Positions 44,038 to 53,249 of a stretch of DNA of 64,000 nucleotides are shown here, piece after piece. The position numbers and the translations under genes were made by a program. The first letter of the stretch is position 1. Every line of letters begins with the position of its first letter. Location: positions 256,001 through 320,000 of the forward strand of contig CBDATQ010000001.1 in the NCBI GenBank assembly GCA_965199955.1. Reading direction: 5' to 3'. Origin of the DNA: Spirochaetia bacterium (GTDB lineage Bacteria > Spirochaetota > Spirochaetia > SZUA-6 > Bin103). Below the pieces are notes generated by a model. The model saw only the letters and a program-made list of their open reading frames with translations. It searched no databases and was not told the DNA's origin.

Positions 44038-46055
44038 GGCCGCTGCGCACGACGACACTCTGTTTGGCAGCAGCTCTCCTTCTGGCTGTGGCCGGCTGCG
44101 AGGTGATGGTGTCGAACCGGGCGCCGGCGGCTCAGGGGGCCATCCCGGCGCCGTCACTCGACGGGAGCGCTTCCGCGTACCAGGTCGACGTCGGCCCCTA
44201 CTTCAGCGACCCGGACGGCGATGGGCTGACCTACGCGGCAGCGTCGTCGGACAAGACCGTGGCCACGGCCAGCACCGCCGGGAGCACGGTGTCGGTGACG
44301 CCGATAGCGAACGGCACGGCCACGATCACGGTCACCGCCACCGATCCGGACGGTCTGAGCGCTGCCCGGCAGTTCCAGGTGACCGTGACGAGCGGCATCG
44401 GTTCCAGGTACCGCGGGCACGGGGATCAGGTGTTCGTCCTGAATCCGAACGGAGAGAGCCTGGACAACGCGACATACACCCTGCATCTGGGCAACGCCGC
44501 GGCGGAGGTGTACGTGATTGCCACCAATGCCTCCGACTCCAGCCTGAATCCCGAGGTCGAGAGACACGAGCCACGGGACGACCATGAACCGCCGCCAAGA
44601 CCGGCGCTGAGCGGCCCGTCACCGGAGCGCGAGTGGATCGCGGCGTTCAACAACGCCCCGCCGTTGTCGGGCCGGTCGTCCGGCGCGCGAGCGCGACTGC
44701 GACCGCACGCTCAGTCGCAAGGATCGCGGAGAGGAGTCGCGGAGGGTGACCGATTCACCTTCGCCGATCTCGGCGATGGAGGAGTCATCCGGGTCCCGGC
44801 TACCGCCCGCAGGGTGGTCGCCGACGGCTCCACGACCGCGGCGTTCTGGGTGGCGGACCGGGATTGGGGGCCGAACTGCGCGGGCGCCGGGCCGTGCGTG
44901 ACCGGCGAAATGGTCGACGCGATGGCGGAACGGTTCCTCCGCCCCGGCGCCGGCAACGACATTCACGACTGGGTCACGGCGATTTTCGGGAGTCCGTGGG
45001 GTCCGCACGCCGACTCGGACCTGATTCCTCCGGAGTCCGCCCGCGAGATACACGTCCTGCTGTTCGACATCGAAGGGGACGGCGCCCCGCAACCCGGTGA
45101 ATGCCGAATCGTCGGGTACTACTGGGCTGTGCACAATTACCTGCAAGATCCCGATCATTCCCTGTTCGGTATCTCGGCCGAGCGGCTGATCTTCTTCATG
45201 GACTCGGCTTTCTATGCGATTCCCGAAGGTCCGACCTGGGACGTGACCGACCGCCGTCCGAGCATCGTCATCGGCACCCTGGCCCACGAGTTCCAGCACA
45301 TGATCCACTACTATCAGAAGCTGGTTCTGCGCGATGCCGGAAGCGAGACGTGGCTCAACGAGATGGCCTCGGAAGTGGCGGAGGACCTGATCGCCGACCA
45401 GATGATGGTGAGCGGACCGCGTGGGGTCGCCCATGACGATCCGACGGCCGGAGAGCCGGGTACCGGCAGTGGCCGTCTCCCCATCTACAACCTCTTCAAT
45501 GACGTGCAGGTCACCGCGTGGCAAGGCAGAATCGCCAACTACTCGATCAACTACGCGCTCGGCGCCTACCTGGCGCGCACCTACGGCGGCGCGGAGCTGT
45601 TCGGCGCGATCGTGCAGAGCGACCGCTCGGGCGTCGACGCGGTCGAAGCGGCGCTGGCGGGGCTGGGCCATGACGTCTCGTTCGGCCAGGCGTTGGCCGA
45701 CTGGGCGGTTGCCACCCTGCTGTCGGACAACACCGCCGCCCCGGCCCCGTACCGCTACAACCCCGGGACCTGGAGCACCTCGCGCGCCGGCGGCGAGCCA
45801 TTCCGCCTGGGCTCGATCAACCTGTACCACTACCGGTACGAGCCGCCGGATCCGGCGCCGGACTGCATCGGGACGGACCTGGCGGGCAGCACGGTTCAGG
45901 AGGGGCCGTACCTGCACTCCCTGACGACCTTCAATGCACGTACCCAGCCGCCCCATTCCAACATGTACGCCACGCTCGGACGCAGTACGGGAACCGTCCG
46001 TCTGGTCGTGAGCGCGGCGCCCGACAACCGTATTGCCGTGGTGGTCAAGGAGTGA
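44022..46055 (+). CDS. lipoprotein with an Ig/cadherin-like domain and an M30-like zinc metallopeptidase domain
   Basis: Lipobox VAGC, YFSDPDGDGLTY domain, TLAHEFQHMIH...WLNEMASE. Confidence 0.82.
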   Translation: MATLTRPLRTTTLCLAAALLLAVAGCEVMVSNRAPAAQGAIPAPSLDGSASAYQVDVGPYFSDPDGDGLTYAAASSDKTVATASTAGSTVSVTPIANGTATITVTATDPDGLSAARQFQVTVTSGIGSRYRGHGDQVFVLNPNGESLDNATYTLHLGNAAAEVYVIATNASDSSLNPEVERHEPRDDHEPPPRPALSGPSPEREWIAAFNNAPPLSGRSSGARARLRPHAQSQGSRRGVAEGDRFTFADLGDGGVIRVPATARRVVADGSTTAAFWVADRDWGPNCAGAGPCVTGEMVDAMAERFLRPGAGNDIHDWVTAIFGSPWGPHADSDLIPPESAREIHVLLFDIEGDGAPQPGECRIVGYYWAVHNYLQDPDHSLFGISAERLIFFMDSAFYAIPEGPTWDVTDRRPSIVIGTLAHEFQHMIHYYQKLVLRDAGSETWLNEMASEVAEDLIADQMMVSGPRGVAHDDPTAGEPGTGSGRLPIYNLFNDVQVTAWQGRIANYSINYALGAYLARTYGGAELFGAIVQSDRSGVDAVEAALAGLGHDVSFGQALADWAVATLLSDNTAAPAPYRYNPGTWSTSRAGGEPFRLGSINLYHYRYEPPDPAPDCIGTDLAGSTVQEGPYLHSLTTFNARTQPPHSNMYATLGRSTGTVRLVVSAAPDNRIAVVVKE

Positions 46056-46126
46056 TGCAAGTCGGCCGCGACCCGGTGCGCCGGGCACGTACGACGAGCG
46101 TGGCGCATCTTCGACCGGAAGTAAGG

Positions 46127-46345
46127 TCAGCGCTCGCGGTAGATGATGCGGCCCCGGTTCAGGTCGTACGGGGACAGGGCGACCTTGACGCGGTCGCCGG
46201 GCACGATGCGGATGTAGTGCTTGCGCATCTTGCCGGACAGGTGCGCGAGGATCCGGTGGCCGTTCTCCAGCTCGACCCGAAACATGGTGTTCGGCAGGGA
46301 CTCCCGCACGGTCCCCTCCACTTCGATCGCGTCTTCCTTGGCCAC
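46127..46345 (-). CDS. infA: translation initiation factor IF-1
   Basis: GAGGAG SD, GTG start, [11 protein letters not shown]...[14 protein letters not shown]...SGKMR...GRIIYR; 72 aa. Confidence 0.98.
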   Translation of the reverse strand: MAKEDAIEVEGTVRESLPNTMFRVELENGHRILAHLSGKMRKHYIRIVPGDRVKVALSPYDLNRGRIIYRER

Positions 46346-46492
46346 GAGCTCCTCGGCCCCGGAGTCTACGGAGGCCCGGTCGCCTCTGTCAACGGCCCGT
46401 CCGGGGGTACTTGACATCCCTTCGCGGGTACTCTTGGATAAAGCATCGCTGGTAGATGGCCGAAGATGAGCTTGTACGAGCTCGCTGGATGG

Positions 46493-46522
46493 TTGACACC
46501 TCGTGGGTGGTGTCGTCATACT
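46493..46522 (+). promoter_or_regulatory. sigma70-like promoter of the msp-like gene
   Basis: TTGACA-N18-CATACT about 65 nt upstream of the start. Confidence 0.5.
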
Positions 46523-46587
46523 ACCGGCGATGAAACGGGGTGTGGGGGGCCGTTGGCTCATGGAGCCCCGAATCTAAGGAGGAAGTA

Positions 46588-47883
46588 ATGCGAAAGATCG
46601 CTCTTCTAACTATGCCGCTGCTGGTTTTCGGCCTCTTCTCCCTGTCAGCAGAGATGATGGTCGACCCGGCCGGCGTTACGGCGAAGGTCAGTGGTGAGAC
46701 CACGTTGACGTGGGGGCTGGATCTCGACTCGAACGCCACCGGCTTCACGAACGCGATGTCGACGAACCTAGAGGTGACCGTCATTCCGCAGACGAGTTCC
46801 GACACCGGGATGATGGACACGGACGACCTGTACGCGTACATCAAGCTGAAGGACTACAAGTGGGTGGCGAACAAGGACGGGGCCGCCACGACTGCGCCCG
46901 GCATCGAGACCAAGCTCATCATGGGTGCGTTCTCGATCACGACCTACAGCATGCCCACCATCAAGGTGGACTTCGTCGACCCGAAGGACGATGACGAGTC
47001 CGGGGATCCCGGCTACCCGGATTTCACCGATCTCATTACCGAGTACACCGGTAGCGGCGGTCTGACCTTGGGGTACAAGATCGATCCGGTGGACCTGAGC
47101 TTGGGCGTCATCTCCCAGAACGACTGGAAGGAAGATGCTGCAGACCCCGCGAATCAGGACATATCGGCGTGCCACATGCACGGCGACGATGCCGGAACTG
47201 TCATAGCCTGCCCGAGCGCCGACGATCCCGACCGCAACGACAACAACGCCTACGCATTCCTCGGGACCGTCAAGCTGGACATCGGCGACGATGCCGATCT
47301 GGAGGCGCGGGTCGCCTACGCGCATGAGTACGCGTCCGGAGGGTCGCCCATCGGCCTCGGCGCCAAGGCTACCTTCAACCTGGGCGACATCGATCCCCAC
47401 ATCGCCTTCGACGCCGCGGTCCCGCCGAACGGCGACAGCGTACCGTTCGACGTCGGAGCAGGCCTCAAGTGGGACATCTCGCCGAATGACGACAAGAGCT
47501 ACTTCGAGACGAACCTCATGATGTCCACTGTGGAAGGAGACGCGGATCAGAACCTGGGCATATCCGCGACCCTCAAGGAAGGTGACGCCGACACAGGTGC
47601 CCTGCTCGGCATGGGCGCTTCCCTGACGCTTGACCTCTACGACCTGACGAGTAAGGACAGCACGTGGGGGGTGAAGGTTGACGCCCACTACAAGGTCAAC
47701 GACATCAAGCCGTTCTTCAAGGTCGCGTTCAGCAACGCCGAAGACGCGGGGGCGGCATTCGAGGCCGGTCTCGAGCTGACGATGATCGAGCATCTGACGA
47801 CCACGCTCAAGTACGCGAGCGACGACATCACCGGCGGCGATGACAAGGGCGTCGTCACCGCTGCACTCAAGCTCAAGTACTAA
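46588..47883 (+). CDS. Msp/Tpr-like major outer sheath protein (porin)
   Basis: TAAGGAGG SD, signal peptide, VSGETTLTWGLDLD..TGFTN N-terminal motif, terminal beta-strand TAALKLKY. Confidence 0.8.
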   Translation: MRKIALLTMPLLVFGLFSLSAEMMVDPAGVTAKVSGETTLTWGLDLDSNATGFTNAMSTNLEVTVIPQTSSDTGMMDTDDLYAYIKLKDYKWVANKDGAATTAPGIETKLIMGAFSITTYSMPTIKVDFVDPKDDDESGDPGYPDFTDLITEYTGSGGLTLGYKIDPVDLSLGVISQNDWKEDAADPANQDISACHMHGDDAGTVIACPSADDPDRNDNNAYAFLGTVKLDIGDDADLEARVAYAHEYASGGSPIGLGAKATFNLGDIDPHIAFDAAVPPNGDSVPFDVGAGLKWDISPNDDKSYFETNLMMSTVEGDADQNLGISATLKEGDADTGALLGMGASLTLDLYDLTSKDSTWGVKVDAHYKVNDIKPFFKVAFSNAEDAGAAFEAGLELTMIEHLTTTLKYASDDITGGDDKGVVTAALKLKY

Positions 47884-47913
47884 TAGAACTCGGTTCTTCC
47901 ACCGAACCGACGA

Positions 47914-47943
47914 AGGGGCCGCCCATATGTGGGCGGCCCCTCT
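47914..47943 (+). terminator. stem-loop terminator after the msp-like gene
   Basis: AGGGGCCGCCCA-TATG-TGGGCGGCCCCT; U-tract is weak. Confidence 0.7.
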
Positions 47944-48118
47944 CACATTGCAGGCCACGCGGCCGGGGGTTCGGCTTGACCGCCTTCGTCAGAACGGGAG
48001 ACTATAGCCGCGTCTCCGTATATGACGATCGCGCGAACGCGGTAGCCGCAGAGCCCGGTGCCAGCGTGCAAACTGCTTGAAGATCGTGTAACCTCGTTGG
48101 TTGGTGGAGGTACCCCCT

Positions 48119-48649
48119 ATGAGAAACAGACTCGCGCTCGTCGTCGTGACCGTCGCGGCCATCGGACTGGTGTTGGCCGGATGCCGCAGTGGGCCGGGAA
48201 CGGACACGATGATGGCAAGCATCGACGGCACATGGGTGTTCCACGGCTTTTCGGCGGTGATCGCCACGCCGGACGTTACGGTAACGGTTGGCGACGGGAC
48301 GACGCCCTTGGGTCCGGATCTACTCGCGAACGTCACCCGGATCGTGGCGAAGGCCAAGCTCACCGCCGTGGCGGGGACCACCTACATGCTGGCGTTGACC
48401 GAAGGGGACGACGCGATCGGCGTCACGCTGGCGGCCGGCGCGTCGCCCGATTTGGAGGCAGCGGCGATAGGGACGATAAGGGGCTTGGCTCAGGATGGAG
48501 ATGTCGACATCACGGTCAGCGACGACAAGATGATGATCACCGTCAACGGCTCGTTCCTCACTATCCTGGCGCAAGCGCTCGGCATGCCGGCGCCGAACGA
48601 GGGACTGGCAGGCTGCAAGGACGCTCCCTGCAGCAGGACGGCGTCATAG
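48119..48649 (+). CDS. hypothetical lipoprotein
   Basis: GGAGGT SD, lipobox LAGC, SIDGTW lipocalin-like start. Confidence 0.72.
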   Translation: MRNRLALVVVTVAAIGLVLAGCRSGPGTDTMMASIDGTWVFHGFSAVIATPDVTVTVGDGTTPLGPDLLANVTRIVAKAKLTAVAGTTYMLALTEGDDAIGVTLAAGASPDLEAAAIGTIRGLAQDGDVDITVSDDKMMITVNGSFLTILAQALGMPAPNEGLAGCKDAPCSRTAS

Positions 48650-48681
48650 TCGGGGTTCCCTGGCGCGCGCGGTAACGAGCA

Positions 48682-49146
48682 TTACCCGTCCCCCGCGTCT
48701 TCGTGGATGGCGACCGCCCGCAGCCGGAAGGAGCTGACAGCCACCACGCTGTCGAGTATGCTGGCGCTCGTCGCTCTCAGGGTCAGCACGAACATGCCCT
48801 TCCGGTAGCCCGGCTGGATCGCAACAACGTGACGGTCGCCGCTGTTGTCGCTGAAGTGATACGTCAGCGGCACGGCCGACCACGCCATGCCGTCGGTGCC
48901 CAGGTCGATCTCGGCGGTTACGGTCCCGGCGGCGACGACCCTCTCGGTGATCTCCGGCATGGCGAAGGTCGCGACCGCGACCGCACTCTGTCCATCCGGG
49001 ATCAGCCTCGTGTCAAAGTCGTTCACCTTCGGGATGAACGTCCGCGACGCCACGTGCGCGGCCGGCCCCGGCGTGGTCCCGTCGCAGCCGACCAGCAACG
49101 TGGCCAGCAGGGCCGCGGTTACCAGCGCCGGTACCTTCGCTTTCAC
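48682..49146 (-). CDS. hypothetical lipoprotein
   Basis: GTG start, lipobox LVGC, W.AVP motif, terminal FRLRAVAI strand. Confidence 0.68.
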   Translation of the reverse strand: MKAKVPALVTAALLATLLVGCDGTTPGPAAHVASRTFIPKVNDFDTRLIPDGQSAVAVATFAMPEITERVVAAGTVTAEIDLGTDGMAWSAVPLTYHFSDNSGDRHVVAIQPGYRKGMFVLTLRATSASILDSVVAVSSFRLRAVAIHEDAGDG

Positions 49147-49247
49147 GGAGGCGAGTATAGGGGGACGCGCCAAGAACCGCCAGATCCGAGTTCCCGGAGC
49201 GGCGCCGGTTTTGCGCGTCGGGTCATCGGGGGCGTACAATCGACGGC

Positions 49248-50723
49248 ATGCGATTGACAATGCGGAGCGGGAGCCCGACGACGGACGCGTGCGACGCCCT
49301 GGTCGTCCTGGCAGCCGGAGACAAGGGACTGAGCGGTCCCGCGGCAGCCGTTGATGCGGCGGCGAACGGCGCGCTGGCGTCGGTTCTGGCGCTGGGGGAC
49401 TTCGATGGCATGGGCAAGTCCACCCGGCTGGTGCACGTGGGAGAAGGGCTGAGGGCGCAGCGCGTGCTGCTGGTGGGCGCGGGCGGCGGTGACGACTCCG
49501 CAGAGAGCGGACGCCTGGCCGGCGGCGCCGCGATCCAGGGCCTGTCCGGCATGACGATACGGACGGCGGTCGTGGTGCTGCCGGAGCGGGCCGACGCCAC
49601 GTTCGTGCAGGGACTCACCGAGGGGCTGGCGCTCGCTTCCTACCGGTTCGATCGCCATCGGACGATCCGGGAATCGGAGACAGCCGTGGAGTCGGTCACG
49701 CTGTTGGCCGCCACGGAAGAGGATGCCCGCGCCCTGCAGGCGGCGTTCGACCGGGCCGTGATTCTCGGCGACGCCACCGGTCTGGCGCGCGATCTGGTCA
49801 ACGAGCCTCCCAACCACCTGACGCCCACGGCCCTGGCCGACCGGGCGGTAGAGGTGGCGGGCGCTCACGGGCTCCGGAGCCGGGTGCTCGGTCCGGCGGA
49901 GCTGGCCGATCAGGGTTTCGGCGCGCTGTTGGGCGTGGCGCAGGGGAGCGCCGAGGAGCCCCGCTTCATCGTGCTGGAGCATGGTGGCGAGGACTCGGGC
50001 GCCGCGCCGCTGGTCCTGTTGGGCAAGGGGCTGACCTTCGACAGCGGCGGCCTGTCGATCAAGACCGGCAAGGGCATGGAGGACATGAAGATCGACATGG
50101 GCGGCGCCGCCGCCGTGCTCGGCGCCATGCAGGCGATCGGCCGTCTGGCCTGCCGCCAGCGCGTGGTGGGGCTGATCCCGGCGACCGAGAACATGACCGG
50201 TCCGCGCGCGCAGCGTCCGGGCGACGTGGTCCGCTCCTACGGCGGCGTCACCATCGAGGTGCTGAATACCGACGCCGAGGGCCGGTTGGTGATGTCGGAC
50301 GCGCTGGGCTACGCGGCGACGATGAAGCCGGCGGCGGTGGTGGACGCGGCCACCCTCACCGGCGCGGTGGTCACCGCGCTCGGCCACCACGCGGCCGCGC
50401 TCCTCGGCACCGACGAGCCGCTGATGCGCGCGATCGAGGCCGCCTCCGCCGCGACCGGCGAGCGGGTCTGGCGGCTGCCGCTCTGGGACGTGTACGACGA
50501 GCCGCTGAAGAGTAAGGTGGCCGACATCAGGAACATCGGCGACGGCGGGGCCGGCACCATCATCGGCGCCGCCTTCCTGAAGCGGTTCGCGCGCTACCCG
50601 TGGGCGCACCTGGACATCGCCGGCACCGCCTGGGACGTCAAGGACGTGAGCTACCACCCGAGCCGCGCAACCGGCTACGGCGCTCGCCTGTTCGCGGAAC
50701 TGGCGGCCGGCTGGGGAAGCTGA
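49248..50723 (+). CDS. pepA: leucyl aminopeptidase (M17)
   Basis: GKGLTFDSGG, MKIDMGG, NTDAEGRL, ATLTGA, WAHLDIAG. Confidence 0.96.
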   Translation: MRLTMRSGSPTTDACDALVVLAAGDKGLSGPAAAVDAAANGALASVLALGDFDGMGKSTRLVHVGEGLRAQRVLLVGAGGGDDSAESGRLAGGAAIQGLSGMTIRTAVVVLPERADATFVQGLTEGLALASYRFDRHRTIRESETAVESVTLLAATEEDARALQAAFDRAVILGDATGLARDLVNEPPNHLTPTALADRAVEVAGAHGLRSRVLGPAELADQGFGALLGVAQGSAEEPRFIVLEHGGEDSGAAPLVLLGKGLTFDSGGLSIKTGKGMEDMKIDMGGAAAVLGAMQAIGRLACRQRVVGLIPATENMTGPRAQRPGDVVRSYGGVTIEVLNTDAEGRLVMSDALGYAATMKPAAVVDAATLTGAVVTALGHHAAALLGTDEPLMRAIEAASAATGERVWRLPLWDVYDEPLKSKVADIRNIGDGGAGTIIGAAFLKRFARYPWAHLDIAGTAWDVKDVSYHPSRATGYGARLFAELAAGWGS

Positions 50724-50828
50724 AGGACCTTGTTCGAGCCGCCCGGCCTACGCGTTCGCCTTTGTCTGAAGCGCCAGCGCCGTTCCGTCGGTGTCTTGGG
50801 TGAGACCGAGTCATCACAGGAGGTACCG

Positions 50829-51230
50829 ATGAACAATCTCAACTCAGTCCTGCTGGAGGGCAACCTGACGCGCGATCCGGAGTTGCGCTACACGGCCAGG
50901 GGCACCGCCGTTTGCCGCTTCTCGATCGCCTGCAACCGCTCCTACAAGCAGGAGGACCAGCGCCAGGAGGAGGTGTCGTACTTCGACGTCACCACGTGGT
51001 CGCGGCTGGCCGAAATCTGCGCCGAATACCTGGTCAAGGGCCGGGGCGTGCGCGTGGTGGGCCGTCTGAAGCAGGACCGGTGGGAGGACGACAGCGGGAA
51101 CCGGCGCGCGCGCGTGGAGGTCATCGCCGAGCACGTGGAGTTCAAGCCGCAACGGCGCGACCAGGCCGAGACCGCACCTGAGGCGGAGGCGATCCTTCCC
51201 GAACCGGAGCCCGCGCAGGCGACCGCGTAG
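50829..51230 (+). CDS. ssb: single-stranded DNA-binding protein
   Basis: GGAGGT SD; MNNLNSVLLEGNLTRDPE...KGRGVRVVGRLKQDRW; no acidic DDIPF tip. Confidence 0.94.
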   Translation: MNNLNSVLLEGNLTRDPELRYTARGTAVCRFSIACNRSYKQEDQRQEEVSYFDVTTWSRLAEICAEYLVKGRGVRVVGRLKQDRWEDDSGNRRARVEVIAEHVEFKPQRRDQAETAPEAEAILPEPEPAQATA

Positions 51231-51323
51231 CGACGGGTTCCTGGCGCGGGACTCCTTCCCCGTCGTCCACTCCGACACGGGGCGCCGGCCGTTCGCGCCC
51301 GCCCATCCCGGTTCCGTGTGCGG

Positions 51324-51371
51324 GAAAGACGGCGGTGAGATTGCCTGGAGGGGCTCTCACCGCCGTCTTTC
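51324..51371. terminator. 17-bp perfect inverted repeat downstream of ssb
   Basis: GAAAGACGGCGGTGAGA-N14-TCTCACCGCCGTCTTTC. Confidence 0.6.
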
Positions 51372-51433
51372 AGGCGCCTGCCGGGTCCGGCGCGGTACCG
51401 GTGGTTGGCGCGTCGGGTTAGGATAGCCCCATC

Positions 51434-51895
51434 ATGACGGGACCGGACAAACCCGCCACGGACGCCGGCTACCTGGAGGCGGCGTCCCGGATCATCTTCA
51501 TGGGCGGCCTGAACCGCCGGGTCGTGGACGGCAAGTGGGACGGCTTTCTGGAAGCGTTCCACGGCTTCGACGTGGCGGCCGTGGCGGCCATGGGGCCCGC
51601 GGACGTGGAGCAGCTCGCCCAGGACGACCGGGTGATCAAGTACCAGGCCAAGCTGCAGGCGGTGGTGACCAACGCGCAGGAGATGCAGCAGGTCGCCGCC
51701 GAGCACGGCAGCTTCGGCGCGTGGGTGGAGTCGGCCGTCGCCGGTGGCGTCCCCGCCGCCTGTGCCACGCTGTCGAAGCGGTTCGCCTACATCTCCAGGG
51801 ACGGCGCCCGCAATTGGCTCTATTCCACCGGCCACGACGTGGGAGCGGTGACCGACAAGGTCCGGGAGAAGTACGCGCCGTACCGTCCGGCCTGA
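51434..51895 (+). CDS. DNA-3-methyladenine glycosylase I-like protein
   Basis: F.GGL..RVV..KW..F.EAFHGFD...VA...IK...K..A...NA...GSF..W...LSKRF. Confidence 0.8.
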   Translation: MTGPDKPATDAGYLEAASRIIFMGGLNRRVVDGKWDGFLEAFHGFDVAAVAAMGPADVEQLAQDDRVIKYQAKLQAVVTNAQEMQQVAAEHGSFGAWVESAVAGGVPAACATLSKRFAYISRDGARNWLYSTGHDVGAVTDKVREKYAPYRPA

Positions 51896-51908
51896 CGGGG
51901 ACCCGCAG

Positions 51909-53249
51909 ATGACGCTGCGCACCAGGCTGGGCTACGGCGTCGGCGATCTGGGCGGCAACCTGTTCTTCACGGTTGTCAGCTTCCACCTGCTGATCTTCTT
52001 CACCGACACGGTGGGGTTGTCGCCGGCGCTGACCGGGCTGGCCTTCACCGTCGCGCGGCTCTGGGACGCCGTGACCGATCCGCTGATGGGCGTGATCTCG
52101 GACCGCACCCGCACCCGGTGGGGCCGCCGCCGTCCGTACCTGCTGGCCGGCGCGCCGCTGCTGCTGGCCGGCATCGCCGTCCTCTTCGTCGATCCCGGCC
52201 TGCAGACGCCGGGGGCGTTGTTCGCCTGGGCGGCGATCGTCTACGGCCTGGCGAACACCGCCTACACGGTGGCGTTCATCCCCTACAACTCCCTGACCCC
52301 GGACCTCGCCCCCGGATCGGACCAGCGCACCGCACTCAACGGCTACCGCATGACCTTCGGGGTGGTCGGCACGCTGATCGGCGCGGCGGGGTTCCCGATG
52401 CTGGTCTCGGTGCTGGGTCCGGGAGCGCCCGGCTACGGCCGCGCCGGCCTGGTGACCGGCGCGATCGTCTGCGCAGGACTGCTCGTCACGTTCCTGATGG
52501 TGCGGGAGCCCCCACCGCCGGCGGCCACCACCGGAACGGCCACCACCGGAACGGCCGGCGGCGGCCTGCGGCCGGTGGTGCAGGCGCTCGGAAATCGCGC
52601 CTTCCTGCTGGTGGTGATCCCGTGGACCCTGCACATGGTGGGCATCTCGCTGGCGTCCCCCATGGTGGTCTTCTACTTCAAGTACGTGCACGGGGACGAA
52701 GGGCTCTCGCAGATCGCCCTGGGCGTCCTGCTGATCGCCGCCATGGCCTCGATCTCGCTGTGGGTGGTCTTCGGCAAGCGGCTGGAGAAGCGCACCTGCT
52801 ACAACCTGGGGATGGTCTGGTTCTGCGTCTGCCTGCTGGCGGCCGCGGCGTTCGGCCAGCGCAGCGTCCCGCTGACGCTGGTCGTCATCGGTCTGGCCGG
52901 CATCGGTCTGGCTACCCACTACGTGTTCCCGTGGTCGATGCTGCCGGACGCGATCGACGCCGGCGCCGCGGCCTCCGGCCGCCGTGACGTGGGGGTCTAC
53001 TACGGACTCTGGACCCTGCTGCAGAAAGGCGGCCAGGCGCTGGCGCCGCTGCTGGCCGGCATCACCCTGAGCGCGACCGGCTACGCGCCGGACGCCGTGC
53101 AGACCCCGGCCGCGCTGACCGGCATCCGGCTGCTGGTGGGGCCGTTCCCGGCGGTCTTCTTCGCGGCCGCGGTGGCGGTCCTGACCGCCTACCCGATCAC
53201 GCGCGCCGCCCACGCCAAGCTGCGGGAACGGCTGCCCCGGGCGTCGTGA
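51909..53249 (+). CDS. glycoside-pentoside-hexuronide (MelB-like) MFS transporter
   Basis: YGVGDLG, DAVTDPLMG.ISDRTRTRWGRRRPY, about 12 TMs. Confidence 0.92.
   Translation: MTLRTRLGYGVGDLGGNLFFTVVSFHLLIFFTDTVGLSPALTGLAFTVARLWDAVTDPLMGVISDRTRTRWGRRRPYLLAGAPLLLAGIAVLFVDPGLQTPGALFAWAAIVYGLANTAYTVAFIPYNSLTPDLAPGSDQRTALNGYRMTFGVVGTLIGAAGFPMLVSVLGPGAPGYGRAGLVTGAIVCAGLLVTFLMVREPPPPAATTGTATTGTAGGGLRPVVQALGNRAFLLVVIPWTLHMVGISLASPMVVFYFKYVHGDEGLSQIALGVLLIAAMASISLWVVFGKRLEKRTCYNLGMVWFCVCLLAAAAFGQRSVPLTLVVIGLAGIGLATHYVFPWSMLPDAIDAGAAASGRRDVGVYYGLWTLLQKGGQALAPLLAGITLSATGYAPDAVQTPAALTGIRLLVGPFPAVFFAAAVAVLTAYPITRAAHAKLRERLPRAS

Noticed and set aside
40580..46055. Integron cassette array or diversity-generating retroelement
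   Set aside because: No tyrosine integrase, no attC-like sites recognised, genes are on both strands, and there is no RT or adenine-specific TR/VR pair; the 75-bp repeat is exact.
52524..52556. 15-bp duplication in the MFS gene (ATTGT x2)
   Set aside because: In-frame slippage in the central cytoplasmic loop with no evident consequence.
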